A stretch of 64,000 nt of DNA from a virus. The DNA lies in the IMG/VR virus record IMGVR_UViG_3300028581_000013. One strand, written 5' to 3'. The notes below the pieces were generated by a model. It was not told where the DNA came from. It made no database searches and saw only the letters and a list, made by a program, of their open reading frames with translations. The translations under genes and the position numbers were made by a program. The number at the start of each line of letters is the position of its first letter. Position 1 is the first letter of the stretch. Positions 47,506-57,893 of the stretch are shown piece by piece.

Positions 47506-49373
47506 TGGCAATTACAACAGCAAGCCAATCTCAGATAGGACAAGAAACAGCCAAGAATAGTCAGATTGTTACAACATCTGTCAGATTGGTAAATTCTGGT
47601 GCGTCTACAGGTCCTTCTATTTCATCTATTGTTGTAACTGATAGTGGTTATAATACTTTAGATGATACGGCTGCTGCAATCAGCAATTCATATATTCGTA
47701 TTCTTGGTAGTAATTTCACTTCAACAGCGAATGTGTTTCTTAATGGTACGATGATACCAACAGCCAATGTTACATTTGTAAATTCATCAGAATTGAGAGC
47801 TCAATTACCTGTTTCAAACACAGGAAACTATGCAGTATCGGTTTACAATTCAAATTCATCAGGTGCTTTATACTCTAGTTCATTTGTTATTTCAACCATG
47901 CCACAATGGTTAACATCAACAACTTTAGCTAATGTAACATCTAATATTGCATTTTCTAATACATTATCCGCAACATCAGATTCATCAGTTACATACTCGA
48001 ATACCACAATACTACCAACAGGCTTTAATTTATTGTCCAATGGATATTATTATGGTACCATAACATCAGCTAATACTTATTCATTTGGTGTTAAAGCTAC
48101 AGATGTTGAAAATCAAGATTCTACCAGAACATTTAATTTAACTGTCAGTGCTTTTTTACCTGTGCCGACATCGATTGACTATTTGTTAATAGCAGGTGGT
48201 GGTGCAGGCGGAGGTTCTGGAACTGGTGGTACAGTTGATGGTGCCGGTGGTGGCGCTGGCGGTTGGTTAGAAGGAACAATAACAGGAAGTGGATTGGCTT
48301 ATACTGTTACGATAGGTGCTGGTGGTGCTTCAGGTTCACAAAGAGGTGACAATTCGACTTTAGCTAATTCTTCTATAACACGACTCACTTATGGTGGAGG
48401 TATGGGTGGCGGTGCAGGATCATCACAACCTTATTCTTATAATGGCCAAGATGGAGGTTCAGGTGGTGGCGGAGGAATACACAGCGGCGTAACAAATGTA
48501 GGAAATTCCATACAAACAAGTAATAATGGCGGAACTGGATATGGAAATGCTGGAGGCGCAAACCAAACCGGAGCTCCATATACTGGAGGTGGTGGTGGTG
48601 GAGCTGGAGCAGTAGGTGTTTCTGGAACTAGCGGAGGTGCTGGCGGTGCTGGAAAACAATGGTTAGATGGAACTTATTATGCTGGTGGTGGAGGTACAGG
48701 ATCTAACAGCTATGGAGCCGTTAACGGTCTTGGTGGCACCGGTGGTGGTGGCACAGGAGGCACTAGTGCTGGTTCAACAAATACTGGAGGAGGCGGTGGT
48801 GGTAGAATGTTTGCCGGTGGATCTGGTGTTTGTATATTCAGGTATCCTGATTCATTTGCACTTGCAACTTCAACAACTGGATCACCAACAGTAACAACTT
48901 CTGGTGGATACAGATATTATAAATTTACTTCTTCTGGAGCAATTACGTTTTTGCAATCATATAGATATTTTAGAGTAACATTAAATTCAGTAAATGGTGG
49001 CGGCTCGCAAGCTCAATTAACAGAATTATCATTTAGAGATAGTGCTGGAAATTATATCACACAAACATTATCTTCTCCTGTAGCTCCTAGTGCTGGATCA
49101 TTAACAAATCTGAATAATCAAAATGCTACAGCGCTGGACGATACTAATATGAATCCTCTGCCATTTGTAGTTGATTACGATATGGGATCTGAAAAATATG
49201 TAGGTACTGATGTAAAATTTTTACGAATAGGTAGTTCAGATGATTCTACCCGATATGTAAGTAATATAACAGTTAGTGCAAGTAATGATAATTTGAATTT
49301 TACAGAAATAATTAGTGGTACTCCGCCTAGTTATGCTGGTATAAGAGTGCTACAAAATTGGGCAATAGCTTAA
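47505..49373 (+). CDS. IPT/Ig stalk plus glycine-rich domain plus C-terminal discoidin-like domain (putative adhesin)
   Basis: DSGYNTLDDTAA stalk shared with the RCC1 proteins; YLLIAGGGAGG...YYAGGGG...GGSGVCIFRYP; YRYFRV. Confidence 0.72.
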   Translation: MAITTASQSQIGQETAKNSQIVTTSVRLVNSGASTGPSISSIVVTDSGYNTLDDTAAAISNSYIRILGSNFTSTANVFLNGTMIPTANVTFVNSSELRAQLPVSNTGNYAVSVYNSNSSGALYSSSFVISTMPQWLTSTTLANVTSNIAFSNTLSATSDSSVTYSNTTILPTGFNLLSNGYYYGTITSANTYSFGVKATDVENQDSTRTFNLTVSAFLPVPTSIDYLLIAGGGAGGGSGTGGTVDGAGGGAGGWLEGTITGSGLAYTVTIGAGGASGSQRGDNSTLANSSITRLTYGGGMGGGAGSSQPYSYNGQDGGSGGGGGIHSGVTNVGNSIQTSNNGGTGYGNAGGANQTGAPYTGGGGGGAGAVGVSGTSGGAGGAGKQWLDGTYYAGGGGTGSNSYGAVNGLGGTGGGGTGGTSAGSTNTGGGGGGRMFAGGSGVCIFRYPDSFALATSTTGSPTVTTSGGYRYYKFTSSGAITFLQSYRYFRVTLNSVNGGGSQAQLTELSFRDSAGNYITQTLSSPVAPSAGSLTNLNNQNATALDDTNMNPLPFVVDYDMGSEKYVGTDVKFLRIGSSDDSTRYVSNITVSASNDNLNFTEIISGTPPSYAGIRVLQNWAIA

Positions 49374-49416
49374 TTACAAAACAAATAAATAAACAATAAG
49401 AATAAAAGGTTTGTAA

Positions 49417-50481
49417 ATGCCAATATTAAAAATACTACCAGATGCAATCAGTAACACAGCAAGTTTTGTGTTTGGTAATGTTACTACCACTTCGATTACT
49501 GCTAATGGTGTGGATCTTGGTACAGCCGTTGCAGAAGCTTTTGTGTTGGCCAATACTGCAACCAATAATATTACAATTATTCAAGGTGTAAACACAGCAC
49601 AAAATACACGTATGTCAATCATCGAGGGTGTTGATACCACACAGAATACAAATATCACCATACTACAAGGTGTAGACACAACTCAAAACACCAATATAAC
49701 TGCTGCTGATACGAAAGCACAAGCTGCATTTAATAAAGCCAACGATGCTTACACTTTAGCCAATACAGCAAATGCAGCCGCAGGTTCAGGTGGTGCAGGT
49801 GGTGGTAGTTTAACTTCATTCACTGCAACAGTAGATACATTTACAGGTAATGGTAGTCAAACACAATTTACATTGTCTGCTGTGCCTGATTCTGAAGATA
49901 ACACATTTGTATTTTTAAATGGTGTCTATCAAGAAAAAGGCACATATTCTATCGCTGCTGCAAATGTTATTCTTACAGGCGTAGCAACAGCCAATGATAC
50001 AATAGAAGTGACCACAGTTGCTGGTAGTATTATGAATGTAAGCCCTACTGCTTACTCAACACGAATTTATCAAGGTAACGGATCAACCAACACATTTACA
50101 ATTTCAGTTGGACACACCGCAAATACAGTCATGGTGTTTAACAATGGTGTGTGTCAATTCCCTGGTGATGATTATACAGTAAGTGGTACAACATTAACCT
50201 ATGTGTTAACTCCACAATCAGATGAAACCATACAGATTCGTGAGATGCCAACTAATAAGTTGGTGCCATTAACACAACCTGTAATGCGTAGATACACAGC
50301 AAATGGTGCACAAACCTTATTTACTGTAACAGCAGGTCAAACAGCCAACTCAATGTTTGTATATGAAAACGGTATCTGTCAAGTGCCTGTATCAGATTAC
50401 ACAGTAAGTGGAGTAACATTAACATTTGTAACCGCACCAGTAGCCAATGTGGTCGTTCAAATTAGAGAGATGTCAATCTAA
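49417..50481 (+). CDS. fibre/hub protein with three tandem G(N/D)GS-type beta domains
   Basis: QGVDTTQNTNI repeats, then FTGNGSQTQFTL, YQGNGSTNTFTI and YTANGAQTLFTV, each with V..NG..Q. Confidence 0.72.
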   Translation: MPILKILPDAISNTASFVFGNVTTTSITANGVDLGTAVAEAFVLANTATNNITIIQGVNTAQNTRMSIIEGVDTTQNTNITILQGVDTTQNTNITAADTKAQAAFNKANDAYTLANTANAAAGSGGAGGGSLTSFTATVDTFTGNGSQTQFTLSAVPDSEDNTFVFLNGVYQEKGTYSIAAANVILTGVATANDTIEVTTVAGSIMNVSPTAYSTRIYQGNGSTNTFTISVGHTANTVMVFNNGVCQFPGDDYTVSGTTLTYVLTPQSDETIQIREMPTNKLVPLTQPVMRRYTANGAQTLFTVTAGQTANSMFVYENGICQVPVSDYTVSGVTLTFVTAPVANVVVQIREMSI

Positions 50482-50490
50482 GGATAAAAA

Positions 50491-52215
50491 ATGGCGTTTA
50501 CACAAATAACAACATCAAATTTAGATAATACAATTACTACAAAGTTAGCGGCAGCCGAAGCAGCCAATGCAGCCGTTGCAAACATTGTTTCTTTGGCCAT
50601 TAGTAGTGTGCAAATTGCCGATTCATCTTATAATGTTATAGATGATACAGCAGCTAATACAGGTGGTGGTTATTTGGTAATTAACGGAACGGGTTTTACG
50701 AATCAGTCTGTTGTTATTGTTGGTACGACTAATGCTACTAGTACCACATTTGCAAATACAAAACAGTTACGAGCTCAAGTTCCTGGCTTGGCTGCAGCAT
50801 CATATCCTTTATATGTGGTTGATAGTGTCACTGGTGCAACAGCAATTAAAGTAAATGGTATAACATACAGTTCATTTCCAGCATGGTCAACTGGATCATC
50901 GTTAAGTAATCAATCATCAAATGTAGCCTTCTCAGTTAGTTTAAGTGCAAACTCCGATTCATCAATAACTTATTCCAATACTACAGCATTACCAGCTGGT
51001 ACAACATTAGCTGCTAACGGATATTTTTCTGGTACAGTTTCTATTGGTGCTCAGACCACATATTCATTTGATGTGAAAGCCACCGATGCTGAAAATCAGG
51101 ATGTTTCTAGAACATTTAGCTTAACTGTCACAGTAATACCACAAACAAAATTATGGTTATGGGGTTCTGGTAGTTATGGAAAATTAGGTCAAAATAGTGA
51201 AACAAGTTATTCCAGTCCTGTTCAAGTTGGTTCAGGTACTACATGGAATAATATAGGAGCGGCCAATCATTATTTTGACAGCACACATACTTTAGCAACA
51301 AAAACGGATGGCACACTTTGGTCATGGGGTCGTAATAGTTATGGCCAATTAGGACAAAATAATACAGTTAATAGATCCAGTCCAATTCAAGTAGGAACAG
51401 GAACAAATTGGAACAGAGTAGCAGTAGGACCGCTTCATTCTTTAGCTACAAAAACTGATGGCACCTTGTGGTCTTGGGGAGTTACCAATGACGGCCGGTT
51501 AGGTGATGGCATTGGTAGTGGTAGTTATAAATCCAGTCCTGTTCAAGTTGGTTCAGGTACTACATGGAATCTAATATTAGCTTCAGAAAAAAATGGTTTG
51601 GCCACAAAAACTGATGGCACACTTTGGTCATGGGGCCATAATGGTTCTGGACAAATAGGAAACTTTAATACAACCACACAAACAACTCCACAGTTAATAG
51701 ATGGATCAGTATGGAGTTCGATAGCTCTTGGTGGTGCTCATTGTTTAGCTGTTAGATCAACAGATAATACTCTTTACGCATGGGGAAATAATGATACGGG
51801 CCAGCTAGGACGTAATAACGTGTCCAACGTTTCTAATCTAAGTCAAGTTGCAGGAACAACTTGGAGTAAAGTGGCTGCAGCTCAGAACCATAGTTTTGCA
51901 ATTAAAACTGATGGCACTTTATGGGCATGGGGAATGAATGCTTATGGTCAATTAGGAATTAACAATACAATTTATAGATCCAGTCCGGTTCAAGTAGGAA
52001 CAAATACAAATTGGAGTGAAATAAGCACCGGCCAAACACATGCTATAGCAATTAAAACTGATGGCACTCTTTGGTCATGGGGAGATGGTAGTAATGGAAA
52101 ACGAGGATTAAATTCAGGTATATCATCAAGTAGTCCAGTTCAAATAGGAACAAATACAAATTGGAGTAAAATTGTAGGTGGACATTCTCACACAATAGCT
52201 ATTACCTCAAATTAA
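50491..52215 (+). CDS. IPT/Ig stalk plus RCC1-like 7-blade propeller
   Basis: DSSYNVIDDTAANT stalk, LPAGTTLAANG Ig domain, seven blade repeats. Confidence 0.88.
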   Translation: MAFTQITTSNLDNTITTKLAAAEAANAAVANIVSLAISSVQIADSSYNVIDDTAANTGGGYLVINGTGFTNQSVVIVGTTNATSTTFANTKQLRAQVPGLAAASYPLYVVDSVTGATAIKVNGITYSSFPAWSTGSSLSNQSSNVAFSVSLSANSDSSITYSNTTALPAGTTLAANGYFSGTVSIGAQTTYSFDVKATDAENQDVSRTFSLTVTVIPQTKLWLWGSGSYGKLGQNSETSYSSPVQVGSGTTWNNIGAANHYFDSTHTLATKTDGTLWSWGRNSYGQLGQNNTVNRSSPIQVGTGTNWNRVAVGPLHSLATKTDGTLWSWGVTNDGRLGDGIGSGSYKSSPVQVGSGTTWNLILASEKNGLATKTDGTLWSWGHNGSGQIGNFNTTTQTTPQLIDGSVWSSIALGGAHCLAVRSTDNTLYAWGNNDTGQLGRNNVSNVSNLSQVAGTTWSKVAAAQNHSFAIKTDGTLWAWGMNAYGQLGINNTIYRSSPVQVGTNTNWSEISTGQTHAIAIKTDGTLWSWGDGSNGKRGLNSGISSSSPVQIGTNTNWSKIVGGHSHTIAITSN

Positions 52216-52221
52216 TTTCAA

Positions 52222-53772
52222 ATGACTCAATATGTCCGTGCGATTAATATTGCAAACAACTCAATCAAGTCTTTTGTATTTGATTCTGGTGTAGCAAACA
52301 CATTTAATGCCGCAGGTATTGCTAATGATTTGGCAATTGCTGCCAATGTGGCCGCACAAGCAGTTAATACATTTGTTACATTACAAACTCAAGAGCTTGC
52401 CGCTTTGCCTCCAACAATTAATGTAGTATCAGTTACAGATTCATCTTATAATGTTCTAAATATTGCCGAAGCCAATACCACCGGTGCATACTTACAAATT
52501 ACAGGTTCCAATTTTCAATCCGGCGCAATTGTTGTGGTTGGATCCAGTAACACCGCATTAACAACCACATTGGTGAATTCATCCACACTTAGAGCACAGA
52601 TTCCAGCCATCTCATCAGGAACTTATCCTGTATATGTGGTGAATAGTAGTGGCGGTACTGCAATTCGACCAAGAGGTTTAATAACAAGTGATTTTCCTGG
52701 TAGTCAATTGTCTAATCTATGGGGATGGGGAGAAAATTTTTTTGGACAATTAGGCACAAATGATGCAATTGCTAGGTCCAGTCCTGTTCAAATTGGTGAA
52801 GCTTATTTGTGGTCAAACGCTACTAGTGGAGCTGCACATACATTACTTTTAAAAGGAAAATCACCAACAAAAACTTTGTGGGCGATGGGTCGAAATTTTC
52901 GTGGTAACTTAGGATTAAATGATATAATTAATAGGTCCAGTCCAACTCAAATTGGTACAGGAAATTGGTCTTCCATAAGCATTGGTTATTATTTTTCTGC
53001 AGGCATTAAAACTGATGGTACATTGTGGACATGGGGTTATGGTAATTATGGCGCTTTAGGATTAAATAGTATAACCGATAGGTCCAGTCCAACTCAAGTT
53101 GGCACAATGACAAATTGGGCTCAAATTAAAACTGCAGCATACAATCTTTATGCTATTAAAACCGATGGCACGGCATGGGCTTGGGGTCCAGGATATGCAA
53201 TTGGCAACAATTCGACAATTGATAGGTCCTCTCCGGTCCAAATTGGTGCGTTAACAAATTGGTTAAAATTCTCCGAAAGTCCTTGTGATACGGCCTATCC
53301 TGCAGCTATTAAAACAGATGGTACACTATGGGTATGGGGATCAAATTCTTTAGGCGAACTTGGATTAAATAACAAAATTAATAGGTCCAGTCCGGTACAA
53401 ATAGGTACAGGTACTTGGAATACAATTTCAACATCAAGAAATTCTGTAGGTATTAAAACTGATGGCACACTATGGACTTGGGGATGGAATAATACCGAAT
53501 ATGGATCATTAGGTTTAAATGATTCAATTCAGAGATCCAGTCCAGTTCAAGTTGGAGTAGAAACAACTTGGTTAAATGCCGTGTGTGATTATCATGGAGT
53601 AACGGCATTAAAATCTAACGGCACACTATGGTCTTGGGGAAATAACGGTAATGGTCAATTAGGACAAAACGATATAAATAACAGATCCAGTCCTGTTCAA
53701 ATTGGAACAGCAACAGATTGGAGTGAAGTATATGCTGGACACTACTCATCAATCGCAAAAAGAAATGCATAA
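52222..53772 (+). CDS. IPT stalk plus RCC1-like 7-blade propeller
   Basis: Seven RSSP(V/T)Q(I/V)G repeats; lacks the second Ig domain. Confidence 0.88.
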   Translation: MTQYVRAINIANNSIKSFVFDSGVANTFNAAGIANDLAIAANVAAQAVNTFVTLQTQELAALPPTINVVSVTDSSYNVLNIAEANTTGAYLQITGSNFQSGAIVVVGSSNTALTTTLVNSSTLRAQIPAISSGTYPVYVVNSSGGTAIRPRGLITSDFPGSQLSNLWGWGENFFGQLGTNDAIARSSPVQIGEAYLWSNATSGAAHTLLLKGKSPTKTLWAMGRNFRGNLGLNDIINRSSPTQIGTGNWSSISIGYYFSAGIKTDGTLWTWGYGNYGALGLNSITDRSSPTQVGTMTNWAQIKTAAYNLYAIKTDGTAWAWGPGYAIGNNSTIDRSSPVQIGALTNWLKFSESPCDTAYPAAIKTDGTLWVWGSNSLGELGLNNKINRSSPVQIGTGTWNTISTSRNSVGIKTDGTLWTWGWNNTEYGSLGLNDSIQRSSPVQVGVETTWLNAVCDYHGVTALKSNGTLWSWGNNGNGQLGQNDINNRSSPVQIGTATDWSEVYAGHYSSIAKRNA

Positions 53773-53777
53773 ATTAC

Positions 53778-55586
53778 ATGGCAAAAATAACAGCAAACAA
53801 TATCCTCGCATCATCAATTACTTCAGATAAACTTGATTCATCTGTTGCAAGTGGTTTAGCTACTGCAACTAATGCAAACACTCTTGCAACTATTGCTACT
53901 GCTGTGGCAGCTGCTGCTTTTGCAACTGCAAATACCAATGCAGCCATACTGGCAAACTCAGCATCTCCACTAATTACTACAATTCAAATTGCAGATTCAT
54001 CTTATAATATTTTAGATGATACGGCAGCCAATACTACTGGTGGATATGTTGTTATTACTGGATCAGGATTTACCAATAGTTCAACTGTGGTATTTGGATC
54101 AACTGCGGCTCCTGCGGTATCTTTTGTAAATTCAACAACACTCAGAGCACAAGTTCCAGCACTCACAGCGGCTTCATATCCTGTATATGTCGTTAACAGT
54201 AATGGAGGTACAGGTATTCGAATTAATGGATTGACAACAAGTTCATTCCCAGCATGGAGCACCGGTGCAACATTAAGTAACCAAAATGCCAATACATCTT
54301 TTTCTGTTAATCTGAGCGCAAACTCCGATTCATCAATAACTTATGCAAACACCACATCGCTACCTGCTGGTACTACATTGGCCGCTAACGGATTATTTTC
54401 TGGTATTGTAACAATTGGTACACAAACAACTTACACATTCGATGTGAAAGCAACTGACGTTGAAAATCAAGATGCAAGTCGTACATTTAGTTTGACGGTA
54501 ACGATAGGTCCAGCGCCAGGATTATATGTGTGGGGTTTTCATTCTGGGAATGGAGAAGATGGATTAAATATTGGTTCTTCTTCTAAATCCAGTCCAACAC
54601 AAGTAGGAACAGATACAAATTGGAATCAAATAAGTACGGCAAGGTATTCTGTGTTGGCCACCAAAACTGATGGTACCCTATGGTCATGGGGAAATAATAG
54701 TAATGGTCAATTAGGACATAATGATCGAGTCAATAGATCCAGTCCTGTACAAATTGGAACAAATACCAATTGGTCATTGATAAGTATCAGCCCCTATTTC
54801 TTTGCAGCTATCAAAACCGATGGTACTTTATGGACATGGGGACAAAATGATTCTGGTCAACATGGCCGCAATGATAGAGTTAACCGATCTAGTCCAGTTC
54901 AAGTATCAGGAACTACTTGGAGTAAAATAGGTGTTGGTCGAGTGGGAGTTGTATCGGCCACCAAAACTGATGGTACTTTATGGATGTGGGGAATTAACGA
55001 AGAAGGCCAATTAGGAAGAAATGATAGAGTTACCCGATCCAGTCCAATACAAGTAGGATCAGATACAACTTGGAGTCAAGCAAAACTCGGAGATAATTAT
55101 ACTATAGCCACCAAAACTAATGGCACACTATGGAGTTGGGGATATAATAACAATGGCCAATTAGGAAGAAATGATACAGTTCGTAGGTCGAGTCCAGTAC
55201 AAATTGGAGCAAATACCAATTGGAGTTTAAATAATTTTGTTATCGGTGCACCCGGTCCTATACAAGCAGCTACTAAAACTGATGGTACTTTATGGACATG
55301 GGGAAAAAATGATTTTGGCCAATTAGGACACAATAATCGAGGTGTTTATAGATCCAGTCCAACACAAGTAGGAACAGAAACAAATTGGAGTTTAATTAGT
55401 GGAGGTGCGTATAGTTTTACGGCCACCAAAACAGATGGCACATTGTGGTCTTGGGGACAAAATAATTATGGCCAATTAGGAAGAAATGATAAAGTTACCC
55501 GATCCAGTCCAATACAAGTAGGATCAGCAACAAATTGGACTTTAGTTAGTATGGGGCCTTACGCCGGGTTTGCCAAATTATCATAG
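53778..55586 (+). CDS. IPT/Ig stalk plus RCC1-like 7-blade propeller
   Basis: Seven SSP.Q / TKTDGTLW.WG repeats. Confidence 0.88.
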   Translation: MAKITANNILASSITSDKLDSSVASGLATATNANTLATIATAVAAAAFATANTNAAILANSASPLITTIQIADSSYNILDDTAANTTGGYVVITGSGFTNSSTVVFGSTAAPAVSFVNSTTLRAQVPALTAASYPVYVVNSNGGTGIRINGLTTSSFPAWSTGATLSNQNANTSFSVNLSANSDSSITYANTTSLPAGTTLAANGLFSGIVTIGTQTTYTFDVKATDVENQDASRTFSLTVTIGPAPGLYVWGFHSGNGEDGLNIGSSSKSSPTQVGTDTNWNQISTARYSVLATKTDGTLWSWGNNSNGQLGHNDRVNRSSPVQIGTNTNWSLISISPYFFAAIKTDGTLWTWGQNDSGQHGRNDRVNRSSPVQVSGTTWSKIGVGRVGVVSATKTDGTLWMWGINEEGQLGRNDRVTRSSPIQVGSDTTWSQAKLGDNYTIATKTNGTLWSWGYNNNGQLGRNDTVRRSSPVQIGANTNWSLNNFVIGAPGPIQAATKTDGTLWTWGKNDFGQLGHNNRGVYRSSPTQVGTETNWSLISGGAYSFTATKTDGTLWSWGQNNYGQLGRNDKVTRSSPIQVGSATNWTLVSMGPYAGFAKLS

Positions 55587-55619
55587 TTCCACATGATATT
55601 GTAAAATACCTTAACAACA

Positions 55620-55648
55620 TTGCCATCAATCCAAGTATCATATATAAT
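55620..55648 (+). promoter_or_regulatory. sigma70-type promoter for the modification cluster
   Basis: TTGCCA (55620-55625), 17 nt, TATAAT (55643-55648). Confidence 0.7.
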
Positions 55649-55680
55649 AGTGTGAATTAATTATTTGAAAGGTTTTACCA

Positions 55681-57441
55681 GTGAAAAACATATATTTTCT
55701 TTCAGGACTTCCACGTTCTGGTTCAACAGTATTGGCTGCTATTCTTAGCCAAAATCCAAGCATTCATGCCACATCCACTTCTAATCTTTTAGATACCCTA
55801 GTAGGTACTCTAAGAGCATGGGCTGATAGTTTGACCACTAGAGCTCAAACGGATCAGAAAAAGGAAGAAGAAAAGATTCAGCATGTTTTAAATAACATCT
55901 GTAAAACTCAATATCATGACATTGATAAACCCATCATTCTTGATAAAGCTAGAGGTTGGGCTGATGATACGAACATGCGTACCATGTCTAAAGTTCTTGG
56001 ACATAAACCTAAAATTATTGCCACAGTTCGTAATGTAGAAGATTGTGCCGCTTCTTTTGTTCGTGTGGCTAAACCAAAAAATTTGGATCATTTTTTACTC
56101 AAAGATGACCTGATTAAACACCTCAAAGAATCATATCAAACATTTGAAAAAGGATATTCATTTGCACCTGAATGTTTTTTAATTATTGACTATGATGATC
56201 TGATGAATGATCCACAAAAAGAATTAAAACGAGTTCATGAGTTTTTAGAATTACCAGATTTTGAATATGATTTAAATGCCATTGATGGTACCAATCTACA
56301 AGAAAAAGATGAAGAAATTTGGGAAGTAAAAGGCCTTCATGATGTTAAACCAAAATTAGGTTATCAACACAAAGAAGATTCTAAAGATGTATTGAAGCAT
56401 CGTTATTATGAATTCGTACAACCAAGATTTTGGTTAGGAGAAAAAGTTGCCAATAAACCTATTCACGACCTTGATTTACAGTTGGCTGCTGGTCTAATGG
56501 GTAACTTTGAAGAAGGTTGGAAGATAGCACAGAAATTAGAGAAAGAAGAACCATGGAATAATCGTGCCGCTTTTAATCGTGGTTGGTATCTCATGCAACA
56601 TGGTAAACTTTTAGAAGGTGAAAAACTATTGTTCCGTGGTCGTGACGAAGGAGTGTTTGGTAATGAACCACCAAAATCACCAATGCCAATGTGGGACGGC
56701 AAATCAAAAGGTACCGTATTATTAAATCTAGAAGGTGGATTAGGTGACCAGATACACGGAGTTCGTTACGCAAGGGATATTGCAAAGATTGCTGGAGAAG
56801 TGATTGTGGCGTGTTCCGGTTCGTTGGCGACACTATTCCGTGATATAGAAGGAGTCGTGGCGGTCTGCCAGAGTGATGCTGTATATGGTATTGTACATGA
56901 TTATTGGGCACCATCCATGTCCACGATACCCATTCTTGGTTACGAATACAAGGACATATCAGGAAAACCATACATAAATAAACCATTAGTAGAACCACAT
57001 AAAGGTTTGAGAATCGGTCTACGGTGGCAAGGTAATCCACAGTTCGAACATGAACAACATCGGATATTCCCACCAACAAAACTATTTGATGCCTTAGAAG
57101 ATGTTGATGCAGAATTTATATCACTGCAACGAGATGAGGGTTCTCAATACAAACCATATTGGGTAAAAGAAGTACCACTAGGTCATTGGGAAGAAACACG
57201 AATAGCGGCTGCATCATGTGATTTAATTATCACATCATGTACCTCTGTTGCACATCTCTGTGGTGCCATGGGAATACCAACATGGATTGTAGTACCTAAA
57301 TTGCCTTACTATTTGTGGGCTCCACCAGGAAACACAACAGTCTGGTATGATTCGGTGAAGCTGTATCGCCAAGAAGTATTTGGAGAATGGTCTGCTCCAT
57401 TTGATCAGATCAAAGTCGATTTACAAAATTTTAAAAAGTAA
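55681..57441 (+). CDS. sulfotransferase fused to TPR-like and GT-B (GT9-like) glycosyltransferase domains
   Basis: GTG start; FLSGLPRSGSTVL (PAPS-binding loop), ATVR....CAASF; EGGLGDQI, IGLRWQGNP, FISLQ, DLIITSCTSVAHLCGAMGIPTW. Confidence 0.85.
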   Translation: MKNIYFLSGLPRSGSTVLAAILSQNPSIHATSTSNLLDTLVGTLRAWADSLTTRAQTDQKKEEEKIQHVLNNICKTQYHDIDKPIILDKARGWADDTNMRTMSKVLGHKPKIIATVRNVEDCAASFVRVAKPKNLDHFLLKDDLIKHLKESYQTFEKGYSFAPECFLIIDYDDLMNDPQKELKRVHEFLELPDFEYDLNAIDGTNLQEKDEEIWEVKGLHDVKPKLGYQHKEDSKDVLKHRYYEFVQPRFWLGEKVANKPIHDLDLQLAAGLMGNFEEGWKIAQKLEKEEPWNNRAAFNRGWYLMQHGKLLEGEKLLFRGRDEGVFGNEPPKSPMPMWDGKSKGTVLLNLEGGLGDQIHGVRYARDIAKIAGEVIVACSGSLATLFRDIEGVVAVCQSDAVYGIVHDYWAPSMSTIPILGYEYKDISGKPYINKPLVEPHKGLRIGLRWQGNPQFEHEQHRIFPPTKLFDALEDVDAEFISLQRDEGSQYKPYWVKEVPLGHWEETRIAAASCDLIITSCTSVAHLCGAMGIPTWIVVPKLPYYLWAPPGNTTVWYDSVKLYRQEVFGEWSAPFDQIKVDLQNFKK

Positions 57442-57453
57442 TAGGAGATAGTA

Positions 57454-57876
57454 ATGCCAACAAGATCAGGTTATAATGTTCGAGTTCAGAATGGTAAGGT
57501 AACAGATTGCTGGGATACACCAGCACCAGAAGGTCAATCCGGTTGGAGTGCAGCCGTAGAGATTACTCCAGACCTCACACCTAACCGTGAAATTCTTACA
57601 ACACATACATTTGATATTACCAAAAATCCAATTGAGATTGTTTGGGGTAAGCGTGAGTTGTCAGTTGATGAGCGTAAAGGTTCTTTAATTGGTCAAGCCA
57701 ATTTTGAAGTAATTCGTTTAGAAAACCAATTGCAAATGAAGCGTAATATACCAGAGTTTGCTGACCAAATCTCCACACTTGAAGCTGAAATTGAAGCCGC
57801 CAAGTCAACTAGAGATGCTCGTGTTATTCAAGTTAATGCAGCCGCTACACATGAGGATGTTGACGCACTAATGTAA
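57454..57876 (+). CDS. hypothetical protein, possibly fibre-assembly related
   Basis: SD GGAG; C-terminal helix ending VNAAATHEDVDALM, reminiscent of DUF4376-type proteins. Confidence 0.55.
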   Translation: MPTRSGYNVRVQNGKVTDCWDTPAPEGQSGWSAAVEITPDLTPNREILTTHTFDITKNPIEIVWGKRELSVDERKGSLIGQANFEVIRLENQLQMKRNIPEFADQISTLEAEIEAAKSTRDARVIQVNAAATHEDVDALM

Positions 57877-57893
57877 TTTTTTGAAAGTTTGTT

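Noticed and set aside
50491-55586. CRISPR-like periodic repeats (AGATCCAGTCC roughly every 150 nt)
   Set aside because: They are in-frame, degenerate at synonymous sites and encode RCC1 blades; no cas genes are present
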